A stretch of 64,000 bases of DNA, taken from the NCBI RefSeq assembly GCF_018977255.1, contig NW_024704743.1:79424001-79488000 (forward strand), given 5' to 3'. Under the pieces are notes generated by a model. That model did no database searches and was not told the origin of the DNA. It saw only the letters and a program-made list of their open reading frames with translations. Positions 12,461 through 24,409 of the stretch are shown here, in pieces. The position numbers were made by a program, and so were the translations under genes. Each line of letters opens with the position of its first letter. The first letter of the stretch is position 1. This stretch comes from Callorhinchus milii. Its lineage: Eukaryota.

Positions 12461-13646
12461 TTATAACATGCATGGGCTGTGGCATGGAGTGGATTGGTGG
12501 AGAGAGAGGAGCAGGGCCACCTGGTCATGAGGTCTGCTGATCTACTGATGTCGGAGTTCCAATCACACTGGGACAGCAAAAGGCTGTCACGAACACAGTG
12601 AAAGTGCCACCTCTGAGGGCATCGGGGATTCCTAAAGCATGGGAGATATCATTAACCCCTGATCACAACTGCAAGGTTCTCTGTAGGAGAGATGTGAGTC
12701 GGCTGGGTTAGGGACTGGGTTGGGTTTCAGCGCTTTGGGACATCTTCCCGACGTGAAAGGCGCTCTATAAATGTAATTTTGTTGTTGTTGTTGTAGGGGA
12801 GAAGCCATCAGCTCCTTTAAAAGGCACCAAAGCATGACTGAAGAGCAACAGCTCAGGGTAATGATTGCCCAAATGTTTGGTCTATCTTTGCCATGTGGTT
12901 GGGTTGTATTTTTGAAATAAAGTTTTAGAGTTTTATTGAGGCTCATGTCTATCTTCAATCATTACAACCCCAATAGCTTTCCCTTCACCCACTACAGTAT
13001 TGTCACAGGTATGTTACATAGAGAATATTTAAGAGAATATTGGAGCTTTATGCCACCGTGCTTTTTTCCCTGAATCTGTGATATTAAGTACCCACAAAGA
13101 TTTTATTCACTATTGACCATGATGATATGTAGATGGGAATGGAGGACTTTTTGTTATTGTAATGGAGAAAGGTCTTCTCATGCAATCCGTTACACATTGG
13201 TTAGAGATAGTGGGTGCCTGTTTTTAGTGGAGTCAGATAAATGTACATTGTTTATGATTTAACTTGGAGTGTCCACTACTGATAATGTTTAACCACAGCA
13301 GAATGTCTGGCGCACCCAAAAACCTATCATCATGCTTAAGAGTATCCAAACCCAACTGCTGAGAGTTTTGTAAATGCTTGGAAATTTGTTGGGAATGGAA
13401 TGTACACTTTCTCCTGGAGGGACAATCCTGCTTACCTAATCCTAATGGAATGTATTAGGCACAGGCTAACAAGAGCCAAGACTTAGGGACCCCAGAGTAA
13501 TAATGGACTCCAATGACAATGTAAAGGGTTTTGTACATTTATTATACATTAGGTAATATTTGAATTAATCTGAATATCATATATTTTGGGTGTAGAGGTT
13601 AAGGTTTCTAGGGGCAAGACATTACTCTTCCTGCACTTTAATACTG

Positions 13647-13972
13647 ATAATAATAATATTAATAACAATCCTTGCATTTGATATAGCGTCTTATCACGTC
13701 TTCAAGACATCTCAAAGCGCTTCACAGAATATACTGTAAAAAGAATTGACTGGATATTTTGTGGGTGAAACTCGGCAACCAAATGTGCACAGCAGTGTCC
13801 CACAAACAGTGGTGGATTGAGTGACCAAATTATTACTATTATTTTTTTGGAGGGATTATTATCCCCGGAAAAGTGGTCTGGCAGTTGACCAATGTTTCAG
13901 CCTGTCGGGAATTGAACCCAGGTTCTCTTGCTTGAGAAGGCGAGTGCTCTAATCACTATGCTACAGGACTCC
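13647..13972 (-). mobile_element. tRNA(Ala)-derived SINE
   Basis: Reverse complement of the family. Head ends ...GCTACAGGACTCC; tail is AATCCTTGCATTTGATATAGCG. Confidence 0.85.
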
Positions 13973-14026
13973 AAAATGGCTTTGGAATGGATTTGAACCA
14001 TTATATGAACCTAGATCAAATCTATT

Positions 14027-14339
14027 GAGTTCTGGAGCTCAGTGGTTAGAGCACTTGCCTCGCAAGCGAGAGACTTGGGTTCGATTCCCGGCAGGGCGAA
14101 ACCTTGGACAAGTTTCCTTACTCCACACGCCTGATAATAATCCCTCAAGAAAAAAAAATTAAAATTGGTCATTTCAATCCACGACTGTTTATGGGACACT
14201 GCTGTGCGCAATTGGCTGCCGCGTTTCGCCCACAAATATACAGGCAATTCACTTTACAGTATATTCTGTAAAGCGCTTTGAGATATCTAGAAGACGTGAA
14301 AAGCACTATATCAAATGCAAAGATTATTATTATTATTAT
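14027..14339 (+). mobile_element. tRNA(Ala)-derived SINE, short variant
   Basis: Intact B box GGTTCGATTCCC and 3' stem-loop AGCGCTTTGAGATATCTAGAAGACGTGAAAAGCACT, followed by (ATT)n. Confidence 0.9.
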
Positions 14340-15964
14340 AGATCAGCAGTATTCAGAAGTTTAGAATTGGCAGTTTTCTGTTTCTAAACACTTTCAGGTA
14401 TTATCCTGGCTCAATTGGTAATACTTTTGCATTCATAGGCTGACACTCCAGGGCAATGTTTGCATTGTCAGAGGTGCTTCTTTAGGATTAAATTTTAAAA
14501 TCAATAAGGCACTGTATCAAATGCAAGGAATATTATGATTTTATTGCACAACTGCAATTAATGTGAAATGTTAAACCCCCAATTGACAGGTAGAGAATCC
14601 ATCTGTGAGCGTTTGCCTGAGTTGTGGGATGATTGATCCATTCACATAACCTTGGGCTGTCAATGTTTTCTTTGTATCCAGTCCCATTACAGAAAACCTG
14701 AAAGCTTATCTTATATAACATGTTAACGAATACCTCAAATTTTACCCCCAAAACATCTTCCATTATTACAGAACGTTGCTGTACCAGTCTCCCTTTCCCC
14801 TAGCCTTCTCTCTCTGAATTTTTAACTTTCTATCTCTGTCTTTCTTCTGTTCTCTATATCTTTACCTCTCTGATTGTCCATGTCTTGCTCCCAACCCCCA
14901 GTATTCCAACTCTGTGAACTGGGAAATGGAAATGTAATACCAGCTGTTACACCTGAGATCAACTGACTCTGTTGATTATATTTGCCAATGATGTGATAAT
15001 TATCATGGTGTTAATTAACATATCACATGTCACATTTTTCAACCCCTTTTTTTCAGATTCCTCTCAGTTTCTAGCAATTTGCCTTTTTATTTTCACCCCA
15101 AACAAATACTCCTTTTGGCAACATTTTAGAGATCAACCTTGCATTTAATTAAATTGTTCTGGAGTGTGTCATGACAATATCGAATTGAAGTAGGAGCTTC
15201 AATGAACTGTCTGTCAGTCTCACAAGAAATACTGTCAAAGATGGAACTGAACAGATTTCACAGAAATTTCACAGAAATTTATGTTAATTTGTTCAAATAA
15301 ATGAATATCAGATAGCACTTTATAAGTCTTTAACATTCAATTCTAGTTACTAAATATGTATAATTTGTAAATCATTCCAAGCACAGGTTATTTTGAAATT
15401 GACCTGTGATTGGCATTTGCCAAGGCTGAGCTGGAAAAGGGAAGAAGCAGCTTTTAAGCATTAATTTATAACTGGGTAAACGGCAGCTTGCAGGAAAGGA
15501 ACATTCTGTATTACATAACTGCTAATGTTCCATCTAAAAACTGTCATCCTATTATGAACAGGATGAGAATCGGAACACAATATGCCATACAGTTTATTTA
15601 GTGGCGTTGTGCCAAGTGGTCTTAAGGTTTGATAATGCTTCATACAACCCACTGCACTGTGATAAGCCTGCAAAAGAAAATAATATCTGATATGTGGATC
15701 AAATATGTAAGGACATTGCTTATTTCATTTTTATGACGTTTAATTATGTTACATATCGTAAGCGGTTATGGCCTTGGGACTAGCGAGATATGATTTCTAT
15801 TGCATGGGAACTATTTCACTTGTTATAGGGTATAGCACAAGGTCAGTTATCATACTGCTCTTGTCTCCCTCTTCTCCTTTCCAATTTTCTGCTGAAAGCA
15901 CAAACAAGATCACTAACACTTTTAATATGTTGTCAGTTTAGTGATGTTCTGTTTGGATTTTGTC

Positions 15965-16115
15965 TCTTCAACCGTGCCTTCCTACCTCCACTTCCCCTGC
16001 CCTCCACCCCTCTTGAATCCAACTCCCAGCTCAGGTGCAAACCCTTTACTGTCCCAGTGCCTTGGGATGTCGTCCTGACTGAAAGGCACTATATAAATTC
16101 AATTTGTTGTTGTTG
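15965..16115 (+). mobile_element. L2 LINE 3' end
   Basis: CTTCAACCGTGCCTTC...GAAAGGCACTATAAATTCAATTTGTTGTTGTTG. Confidence 0.75.
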
Positions 16116-16449
16116 AACCAGATAGAACCTTAGTGTCTGATTGATTCAGGAGTTCCAAAGTTTGATAGAATGGTATTGAGCAAAGGTCATTATCATGTGA
16201 ACCTAGTTTATGAATATCACAACTAAACTTCGTAGCAAATATGAATTATGGATCAAAACGCTTGTTATTGCTTCATAGAAAATGTTAACCCAAAAAACAC
16301 ATCAGTACGCCATAAAAATTCAAATGACAACTGCTGAGATTGCATGAGCAAGTACTTGAAGAAGAGATAATGCAACATTCATATTTATCAGCTCGAGAAT
16401 AAACATTGCAGTATTTCTTGACAAGGTTCCTTAACAAGGAGATCAACAT

Positions 16450-17235
16450 TAACAACAACAACAACAGAATTACATTTGTATAGCGCCTTTCATGTTGGGA
16501 GGACTCCCCAAGGTGCTGGACAGTCAATGTTTCAGACCTGAGCTGGGGGTTGGTATTGGGGAGGGTGGAGGGCAGGGGGGGAAGCAGAGTGATTGAAAGC
16601 ACAGTCGAAGAGGAGGGTCTTGAGCTGGGTTTTGAATGAGGCAAGGGAGGGGGCCAGGCAGAGGGACTGTGGGATGGAGTTCCAGAAGGTGGGGCAGAGT
16701 GGCGGAATGCCCCTCCTGCAAATGGTGGGGCGTGCAAGGTGAAGCAGACCGGAGCCCACTGAGCGGAGGGAGCGAGCAGGATGGTGGGAGCTTAGGAGGT
16801 CGCAGAGGTAGGGGAGGGAGCAAGACCATGGAGAGCTTTGAAGATGAGGACCAGGATCTTGAACTGTATCCTCTGTGTGATGGGAAGCCAGCGGAGTCGG
16901 GTGAGGATGGGGGTGATAGGGTCACAGAACCTAGTGTGGGAGAGGACACGGGCTGTAGAGTTCTGGATGATCTGCAACCTATGGAGGGAGGAGTTCGGGA
17001 GGCCGACAAGCTAGGAGTTTGCATAGTCAAGCCTCGATGTAATGAATGCATGCAAGAGGGTTTTGGTGGCCTGAGGTGTGAGATAGTGGTGGAGCTGGCG
17101 ATGTTGCTGAGGTGGGGGAAGGCAGACCGAGTCATGGCTCGGATGTAGGGTAGAAAGGATAGTTGAGGTTCGAACAAGACGTCAAAGTTCTGGACTGGCT
17201 TAGTAAGGTGGAGTGTGCATACATGGATGGTGAAA
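16450..17235 (-). mobile_element. L2 LINE, 5' truncated (ORF2 C-terminus)
   Basis: ORFs 16792-16977 (QIIQNSTARVL..ITPILTRLRWLPITQRIQFKILVL) and 16532-16759 (WNSIPQSLCLAPSLASFKTQLKTLLF) are typical L2 ORF2 C-terminal motifs. The (CAA)n tail is at 16450. Confidence 0.92.
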
Positions 17236-17389
17236 GTTGTGCAAATGGGGAGAACCCTTTTCTGGTAAACAGGATTACATCATGTTTGTCTATTTCCGGA
17301 GCTGAGTTCCCCTGGGACAACAGGAATTGTAACGGAAGTAACCCTCTTTAAAAATATCACAAATTAGACCACATTGTGTTTAAACTCCT

Positions 17390-17670
17390 AGTCACTGATG
17401 TGCAATGCTGGGGAATGCTGCATTATCAGAGGTACCGTCCTTCGGATCAGACATTAAACCAATATTCCATCTGTGTGTTTAGGTAAACAATAAAGATCCC
17501 ATGGCACTTTTTGAAAAGAGAAGGGAATATCCCCCAGACGAATTGCTCATTCACTACATGGCTGTTTGTAGAACTTTACTGAGCATAAGAAATTGGCTGT
17601 CGCATTTGTCTACAAATACGGTTGTTATTACACTTTGTAGTAATTACCCAAGGTCTTTGAGATATTTAAC
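17390..17670 (+). mobile_element. Deu-domain SINE
   Basis: GGTACCGTCCTTCGGATCAGACATTAAACC...AAAGATCCCATGGCACTT is the Deu core. Confidence 0.75.
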
Positions 17671-17679
17671 ATTATATGT

Positions 17680-18470
17680 GTTCTCAAAGCCAGTCAGGAA
17701 CCTCAGTGTTCTGTTCGACCATGAGCTGTCCTTTCTTCTTCATATCTGCGCCACAACTGGCACCGCCTTCCATCACCTCCGAAACATCGCCAGCCTACGG
17801 CACTACCTCACCCCTCACGCTGCTGAAACTCTGGTCCACGCCTTTATCACCTCAAGGCTGGACTATGGGAACTCTCTCCTCGTCGGCCTTCCCGTACCTC
17901 CCTCCACAAGCTGCAGGTCATTCAGAACTCTGCAGCTCGTGTACTGTCCCGCACCAGGCTTCGGGACCACATCACTCCCACCCTCGCTCGCCTCCACTGG
18001 CTCCCCATCCCCCAGAGGATCGTATTCAAGATTCTCATCCTCACCTACAAAGCCATTCACGGCCTTGCTCCCTCCTACCTCTCCGACCTACTATCCCCCT
18101 ATCTACCTGCCCGTACCCTCCGTTCCTCTGGGTCCGGTCTGCTCCACATCCCCCGCCCCAACCGCCCTACCATCGGTGGCCGGGCCTTCAGCCTCTCAGC
18201 CCCGAGGCTCTGGAACTCTATCCCCCAGTGCCTTGCCTTGCTTCCTCCCTTTCCTCCTTCAAGGCCGGTCTCAAGACCTTTCTCTTTGACCGTGCCTTCA
18301 GCTCCCCTCTCAACTCTCTACCTCCTCCTCACCCCCTCCTTTCCCTCCCCTCACCCTGACCATTTCCCCCCCTCCTCGCTCCCTCCCTTCCCTCCCCTCA
18401 CCCTGACCATTTTCCCCCTGCTCGGGTCCTGACCCAACTGTCCAGCGCTTTGGGACGTCCTCCCGACGTA
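17680..18470 (+). mobile_element. L2 LINE, 5' truncated
   Basis: ORF 17501-18289 contains HLRNIASLRHYL..AETLVHAFITSRLDYGNSLL. The 3' end is CAGCGCTTTGGGACGTCCTCCCGACGT, and the 3' UTR has an internal tandem duplication at about 18320-18420. Confidence 0.93.
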
Positions 18471-19039
18471 ATATCGGTAACGATGATTTGTATCAGTCTT
18501 ATAAAGTACTGATTTGTCCATTGAAAACTCAGCAAGTTGGTTTAGATCAGTCGTAACAGTCTCGGTTTAAAATGTATTAACAATGTAAGAAGCTAGTCCT
18601 TAATATCTTGAATGTTATGAGAAGTTAACAGTTTAGATGACTCACCAGGGACAATCCCAGGCAAAGCAATATATATCATAGATTAATTGAGATGGCACAT
18701 CACTTCATTCTCTCCTTTTATGAATAGCCAATTAGTATATTGGCAGACATTTGCTATGTTATTATAGGCTATTAATAGCTGATTAATGGTGTACAGCAGA
18801 AGATGAAAAGATTCAAGATCACCTTGGCATGCTGGGACTTGCTGCCTTCCAACAACAAAACGTGTTGAGAAGGTAACCCATCTGTTCTCAGGAGAAATTT
18901 GTAACGACAACAACAAATCTTAGATTACAAGATTAAAAAAGATTACTTTTGTATAGTGCCTTTCATGTCGGGAGGACGTCCCAAGGCGCTGACAAGTAAG
19001 CAAAGTAAGCTAGTATGCAAAAGAACACAAGGTTAGTTT

Positions 19040-19300
19040 GGATCGAGAAGGCCCTTCAGTCCATCTGATCTCGTCCTTCTAGAATACCCGCCCTACTGTT
19101 CTCCCATCACAGCATCAAACTGTTACTTAAATGTGTCCAATCTCTTGGCCTCAAACACCCTTCCTGGCAACCTGTTCCCATTGATAATTACTTTCTGGGT
19201 AAAGAAAACATTCCTGGTCCCTGTCCTGAAATTGCCCTTCGCAACTCTAAATCTTCACACTGATGACTGTATGCTCTTGTTTTGCTGTCTTTGTATATCG
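19040..19300 (-). mobile_element. CR1 LINE 3' fragment, old
   Basis: GAAGGCCCTTCAGTCCATC tail and ACTTTCTGGGTAAAGAAAAC (reverse complement of FFTQ.V). Confidence 0.65.
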
Positions 19301-19869
19301 TAAAGTATTGTTCTAAGTCCATCATGTGACACACACGTTGTGCCTGGGCAGGTGGGATTAAATTGGAGGCCACGGAAAGCTTTGGGCTGATCTCCAGTCC
19401 ACAATGGATATGTCCAAGAATTTCCTTGTCCCAAACCCATGTTCCTTAATTTCCAAGATGGCAACAGTTTTTAATTGCGAATAGGATTGATCCAGTGTCC
19501 TGAAATTGGGGGGGAGGAGGATTAGTTCTGTGTATTTACAAATGGCAGGAATAAAATAACGTTTCATGAACAGATTCAATGCAATTTTTTTAACCTTATA
19601 AATTTAATCCCTGTGATGTTTTGGATTTCTTTCTACTTTTGTGAAGTGTAGTGACTATGCATTTTATAGGCTAAGGTTGCAGCTAAGGTAGAATCAGTCA
19701 GTTTCCTGTGAAGAAGCTCCGAATCACTGTCTTCAAGATATTAAAACAGGCTGAACACTTCCTCATATCCAAGACGACCCTGATTGTTTGTAAATAGACG
19801 AAGAAGAGCAAGGCTAGCTCCACTGTGGCTCAGAGACAAGAGAGAATAAAGTGAGGATGATCACCAGCA

Positions 19870-20125
19870 GGAAAAAGGGAAAAGTCAGAAGATTGTTTTT
19901 GTACTCAGAGGGTTGTTAGAATGTGGAATGACAAACCACAAATGGCTGTTGAAGCTGACAACATATAATTTAAAAAGGGAACTGGATGAATACTGGAGAA
20001 AATATAGTACGGAAAGATATTGGGAAAAGAGCAAGTGATGGGATTAGAATAATTAGCTCCAGTATAGAGTTCAGATGCAATGCACTGAATGGTCTCCTTC
20101 TGTGCTGTAAACTCTCCACAATTCC
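19870..20125 (+). mobile_element. CR1 LINE 3' fragment
   Basis: ACTCAGAGGGTTGTTAGAATGTGGAAT (TQRVVRMWN), followed by GAATGGTCTCCTTCTGTGCTGTAA. Confidence 0.8.
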
Positions 20126-20894
20126 ATGTAGTGAGGTTCCTCTTATAATTTATTATGAAATGTTTCTATGGAAAATACGAGCTCACACCAGAAGGATTTT
20201 AGTATAGGAGAGATGACATTAATAGAAATACGGCTTCAGCTTTCTTCACACTGCTAAGTGCACATTAAGACATTTGTTGGCAATAAGTCAGTAGATATGG
20301 GTTAATGCTGCAATTTCAACAGCTGATTTACTGCGGGCAGCATTAGGCCATGCACTAGCAACTTAGCTAAAATTGTTTGAATCTATTACATTAACAGCTA
20401 GAAATGAGCCACTTGACCTTTCCAAGTGAGCCTGGATATAGCAAGCTTGATTCGAAAACAGCGCTGACAACTGAGAGCACAAGAAAACCATATTTTCATA
20501 CAAAATACACAGACTTCAGAGTGAAGCACTTTGAGACATCCTCATGATATAAAGGCGCTATATCAATTGTTATAATTATTGATTATTATTATATTCCACT
20601 GAGAATCAGTCGCATGTACTGTAACAAGAGAATGTTTTAAATGTTTAAAATGGAGAGAAGCAATTCCAGCACAGAATCAAGGTCCACTGAGTACCAAGAC
20701 AGTATTATTGTTTTCAAAATAAGCATTGTCTTGGAGACAAGCAAGAGTGAATTGTTTTAATAACAAGAGGCATGTCAGTAAGGGAGTGGTGAGAACAGAT
20801 AAGACACAAGATGGTGGGTTAAGAATATGGAACGTGCATGTATGTGGATGTCAGATTGGGGATTGGTTGTGATGTCCCATAGTTGTTACCTAAG

Positions 20895-21230
20895 ATTACA
20901 TAGAGTGATACAGCATGAAATAGGGGCCATTCAGCCAAACTAGTCTATGCCAGTTTATCCGTCACATGAGCCCCCACCCATCCTATTCCCTCACCTCACA
21001 CCTCTGTATTGCCTTTTTCCTTGTGTAAGCATCAAGTTTTCTCTTAAATACATTAATGTTTTCGCTTCAACCCCAACTTCCACATTCTCACTACCCTCTG
21101 TGTGAAGAAGTTCCTGCTAAACCCCGAACTGTCTTATCTTTATATCCTCTTGTTATGGACTCACCAACAAGTGGAAATGCCTTCTCAACAGCCACCTCAT
21201 CAAATCCTTTCATAATCCTGAACCCCTCTA
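20895..21230 (-). mobile_element. CR1 LINE 3' fragment
   Basis: ORF 21091-21336 contains RIMKGFDEVAVEKAFPLVGESITRGYK. Confidence 0.85.
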
Positions 21231-21246
21231 TTACTACAACACAATA

Positions 21247-22115
21247 CAATGATACTAAGCTGGAAAAGTAGTAAACAGTGAGAAGGATGGTAGTAGACTG
21301 CAAATGGACATAGACAGACGTAAAATGGGCAAACACGTGGCAGATGAAGTTTAATGTGAAGAAATGTAAAGTGATGCATTTTGGGAGGAAGAATGAGGAG
21401 AGGCAATATAAGCTGATGGTACAATCTTAAAAGGGGTGAAGGAACAGAGAGACCTGGGGGTTCATGTAAGCAAATCTTTGAAGGTGGCAGCACAGGTAGA
21501 TAAAGCTGTTAAAAAAAAGCATATGGGATACGAGTCAGGTAAGGTATGATGAACCTTTATAAAACACTGGTTAGACCTCAGCTGGAGTACTGTGTTCAGT
21601 TCTGGGCACCACACTTTAGGAAAGATGTCAAGACATTGAAAAGGGTGCAAAGGAGATTTATCAGGATAGTACCAGCAATGAGCGACTTCAGTTTTCAGGA
21701 GAGGCTAGAGAAGCTAGGAATATTCTCCTTGGAGCAGAGAAGGTTAAGAGGAGATTTAATAGAAGTTTCCAAAATTATGAGGGGATTGGATAGGGAGAAC
21801 AAGGAGAAACTATTTCCACTGGTGGGTGGGTCGGTAACCCAAGGACACCGATTTCAAATAGTTAAAAGAAACAGAAGGGAGGTGAGGAGAAATTTTTTCA
21901 CCCAGCGAGTTGTTCGGATCTGGAATGCATTGCCTGAAAGGGTGGTGAAAGCTGATTCGATAATAGCTTTTAAGAGAGAAGTAGATAATTATTTGGGGAG
22001 GACAAGATTGCAGGGCTATGGGGGAGAGCAGAAGAGTGAGATTGAATTGGATAGCTCTTTTCAAAGGGCCGGCACAGACACAATGGGCCAAACGGCCTGC
22101 TTCTGTGCTATAAAA
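21247..22115 (+). mobile_element. CR1 LINE, 5' truncated (ORF2 C-terminus)
   Basis: ORF 21546-22190 reads LYKTLVRPQLEYCVQFWAPHFRKD...LEQRRLRGDLIE...FFTQRVVRIWNALP. Confidence 0.95.
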
Positions 22116-22199
22116 TGCGGATGTGGATGGGAACCAAGGGATTGGGAGGGGAAAGATGGCCAAAAGCATGATCCAAGAACTACGTTTTGAGACGCAATA

Positions 22200-22345
22200 A
22201 GTCTCCTCGGAAACGTTGTATGCTGACACTCACCCTCTGGGCTTCTCCATGACTAATGCCCACTTGTGTGCAGCACCAGATATGATTGATGTCCACAGGA
22301 CCTTACCCCAGTCTTCAGTGGAAAGAGGCGAGAAAATTGGAAGCT
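22200..22345 (+). mobile_element. Ancient SINE relic, AmnSINE2-like 3' part
   Basis: GCTGACACTCAC..GGCT..CATGA..AATGCCCACTTG...ACCCCAG..TTCAG..GAGAAAATTGG resembles the remembered AmnSINE2 consensus. A reverse-oriented relative lies at about 47930-48150. Confidence 0.45.
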
Positions 22346-23679
22346 GCTAAAATACAAATACAGATTAATTGAGACCTGTAAATGGAAGCCCTGTGTGTGA
22401 TATCCTTTCTCACCTGGCAATATTCTTTTTGCTTACTGATAAGGCAGTGTATTTTTTTGCTGGCGCAAAACCATTGTGAGAGAAAATCCAAAATGAAGCA
22501 GATCCTGAGATAGAAGTGACAACCACGAAGCAGAATATTATTCATTCCATCAATCCAGCTAAAATGGAAGAATAGAAGCAACTCGGTACAGCTTGATTAT
22601 TTAAACTTCTGTTCAGATATTTTTAGGAATCACAACAGCCAGCTGAAGGTGATGTTGTCGGAAAGCACAGAGCGAAAGGCCCAAGTGTTGGATCATCATC
22701 ACCATGTGTTTGGGCAAGTCCAGAATCTAACATCTAATCTTTAACCTGAGGAGCTGAAGCATTCAGCTGCATCTCAATGAATCCCCTTCGCAACCATCCT
22801 GTCACCAAGAAAGATGCTTTCACTCCATAGATTGTCAGACGGTGACCTTTGACCTCTTGTGATCTTGGCTGATCTCATCAAAAGCACCTTGGAAAACTCT
22901 GAGCTGATAAAAAGTCCATCATTCACATGTACCTTTTTCATGTTAAGTGTTTTACAATCCATTTTCGTTCTTTCTTTTTTTCTTAGGATACAAAATAAGC
23001 CAGAACATTTTGACTTTAAGGTCAGGGCGAAAAGGACAGCGCTCCATAGCTTAATGGATGACTAAAAGGGTACAAAGGTTCCTGCCAGGAGGGAGGAACC
23101 TCAAACTTAAGTTTCCTCTGCTCAAAGACAGGTCAGACTAATCTGCTGTAATGAAGTAAGGGGTTTAAGATGTTCTCTGAATTGATGAAAGAAGCCTACC
23201 ACTCTGCAATTCACTACTTACATTTGGTCAGAGCTGTTCCCACAGGCAACAATTGTTTTGGACATAAATTGTTAACTGACAGTTGATATCAAAGCCACAT
23301 TAAGTGCATAATTTTTGAGGTGGTTACCTATAGTGATTAAAAAAAATCTTGATGCACTCTGGATTACTGTGCTTAAATATCTGTACGTAAAATCCCAAAT
23401 CTATGGCCAAAAAAAATCTATTTGAAGGCAAACCATTTAACTATATTAGTAACAGTAAAATTTCAGTTTATGTTACATCATTCAATTGAGAATGATTGAG
23501 ATGTAACTTTAACCTGAAATTTGTGCATATCAGCCTGTGGACCAAAATTCCATCTACTCTTTATATTTTTGCCTATAAGACCACTTTATTTTAACATTTA
23601 GATTGTGCTACCTTTAAATAAGATTTTAAACCAAGGTTCGGTCAACCTGTTTAGGTGGACGTTAAAGAGCATATGACAG

Positions 23680-23900
23680 TAAGGGTTATGAAAGGCAACC
23701 TCAAAGCAGACACCAGGAAGTATTTCTTTACTCAGAGAGTAATTAATAACTTCAACGGGTTTCTAGCTAGGGTGCTGTTGGTGTTCAGAATCCTAGATTA
23801 ATTTAAGAAACAGTTGCATGCTGCAATGGTAGGACAGTTATGTGGGTGTACTGGAAAGAGTAGAGCAAATTGGCTAAAGGGCCCTTTTCATGTGAACTTC
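23680..23900 (+). mobile_element. CR1 LINE 3' fragment, old
   Basis: AGGAAGTATTTCTTTACTCAGAGAGTA encodes RKYFFTQRV. Confidence 0.7.
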
Positions 23901-24036
23901 TCTCGTGATGAGTGAACTCAAAAAGTGCATCTCTGTCTTGTACACCGCCACAAATTAATGAAGGCTGTTGGTGGCAAAGGCAGTAGGCGACACTGTTTAG
24001 CGACCGTCATTCTGATCTGCTGATTCCAGAAATGGA

Positions 24037-24242
24037 GAATCATAGAAACATAGAATTATACAGCACAGAAGGAGGCCATTGTGTCTGTGACGGCTCTTCT
24101 AAAAGATCTGTCCAAATCAATCCAACTCCCCTCTCTCTCCCCATAGCCCTGCAAACGTGTCCTCCCCAAATAACTTTCTACTTCTCTCTTAAAAGTTGTT
24201 TTCGAATTGGCTTTCATCACCCTTTCAGGCAATGCATTCCAA
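24037..24242 (-). mobile_element. CR1 LINE 3' end, same subfamily as 21247-22115
   Basis: ORF 24056-24277 reads WNALPERVMKANSKTTFKREVESYLGRTRLQGYGE. Confidence 0.9.
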
Positions 24243-24409
24243 AGGCAAACATTTCTGACATTTCTGAAAGAAAACATTTCTGACTATGTTTATTAATGCC
24301 TCATTTACACTGTAGCAAAAGCACAAGTACAATACTGCAGTGTTAAAGTATAGTAACTTCTTGAAATGTTAATAAATAAATAACACCCCTCCCTCTATCA
24401 ACTCTATAA

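Noticed and set aside
17501..18289. Longest ORF (262 aa) as a host gene
   Set aside because: It is a chance read-through from a Deu-SINE into a frameshifted L2 ORF2 fragment.
21546..22190. 214-aa ORF as a functional gene
   Set aside because: It is the C-terminus of a 5'-truncated CR1 ORF2, with frameshifts upstream.
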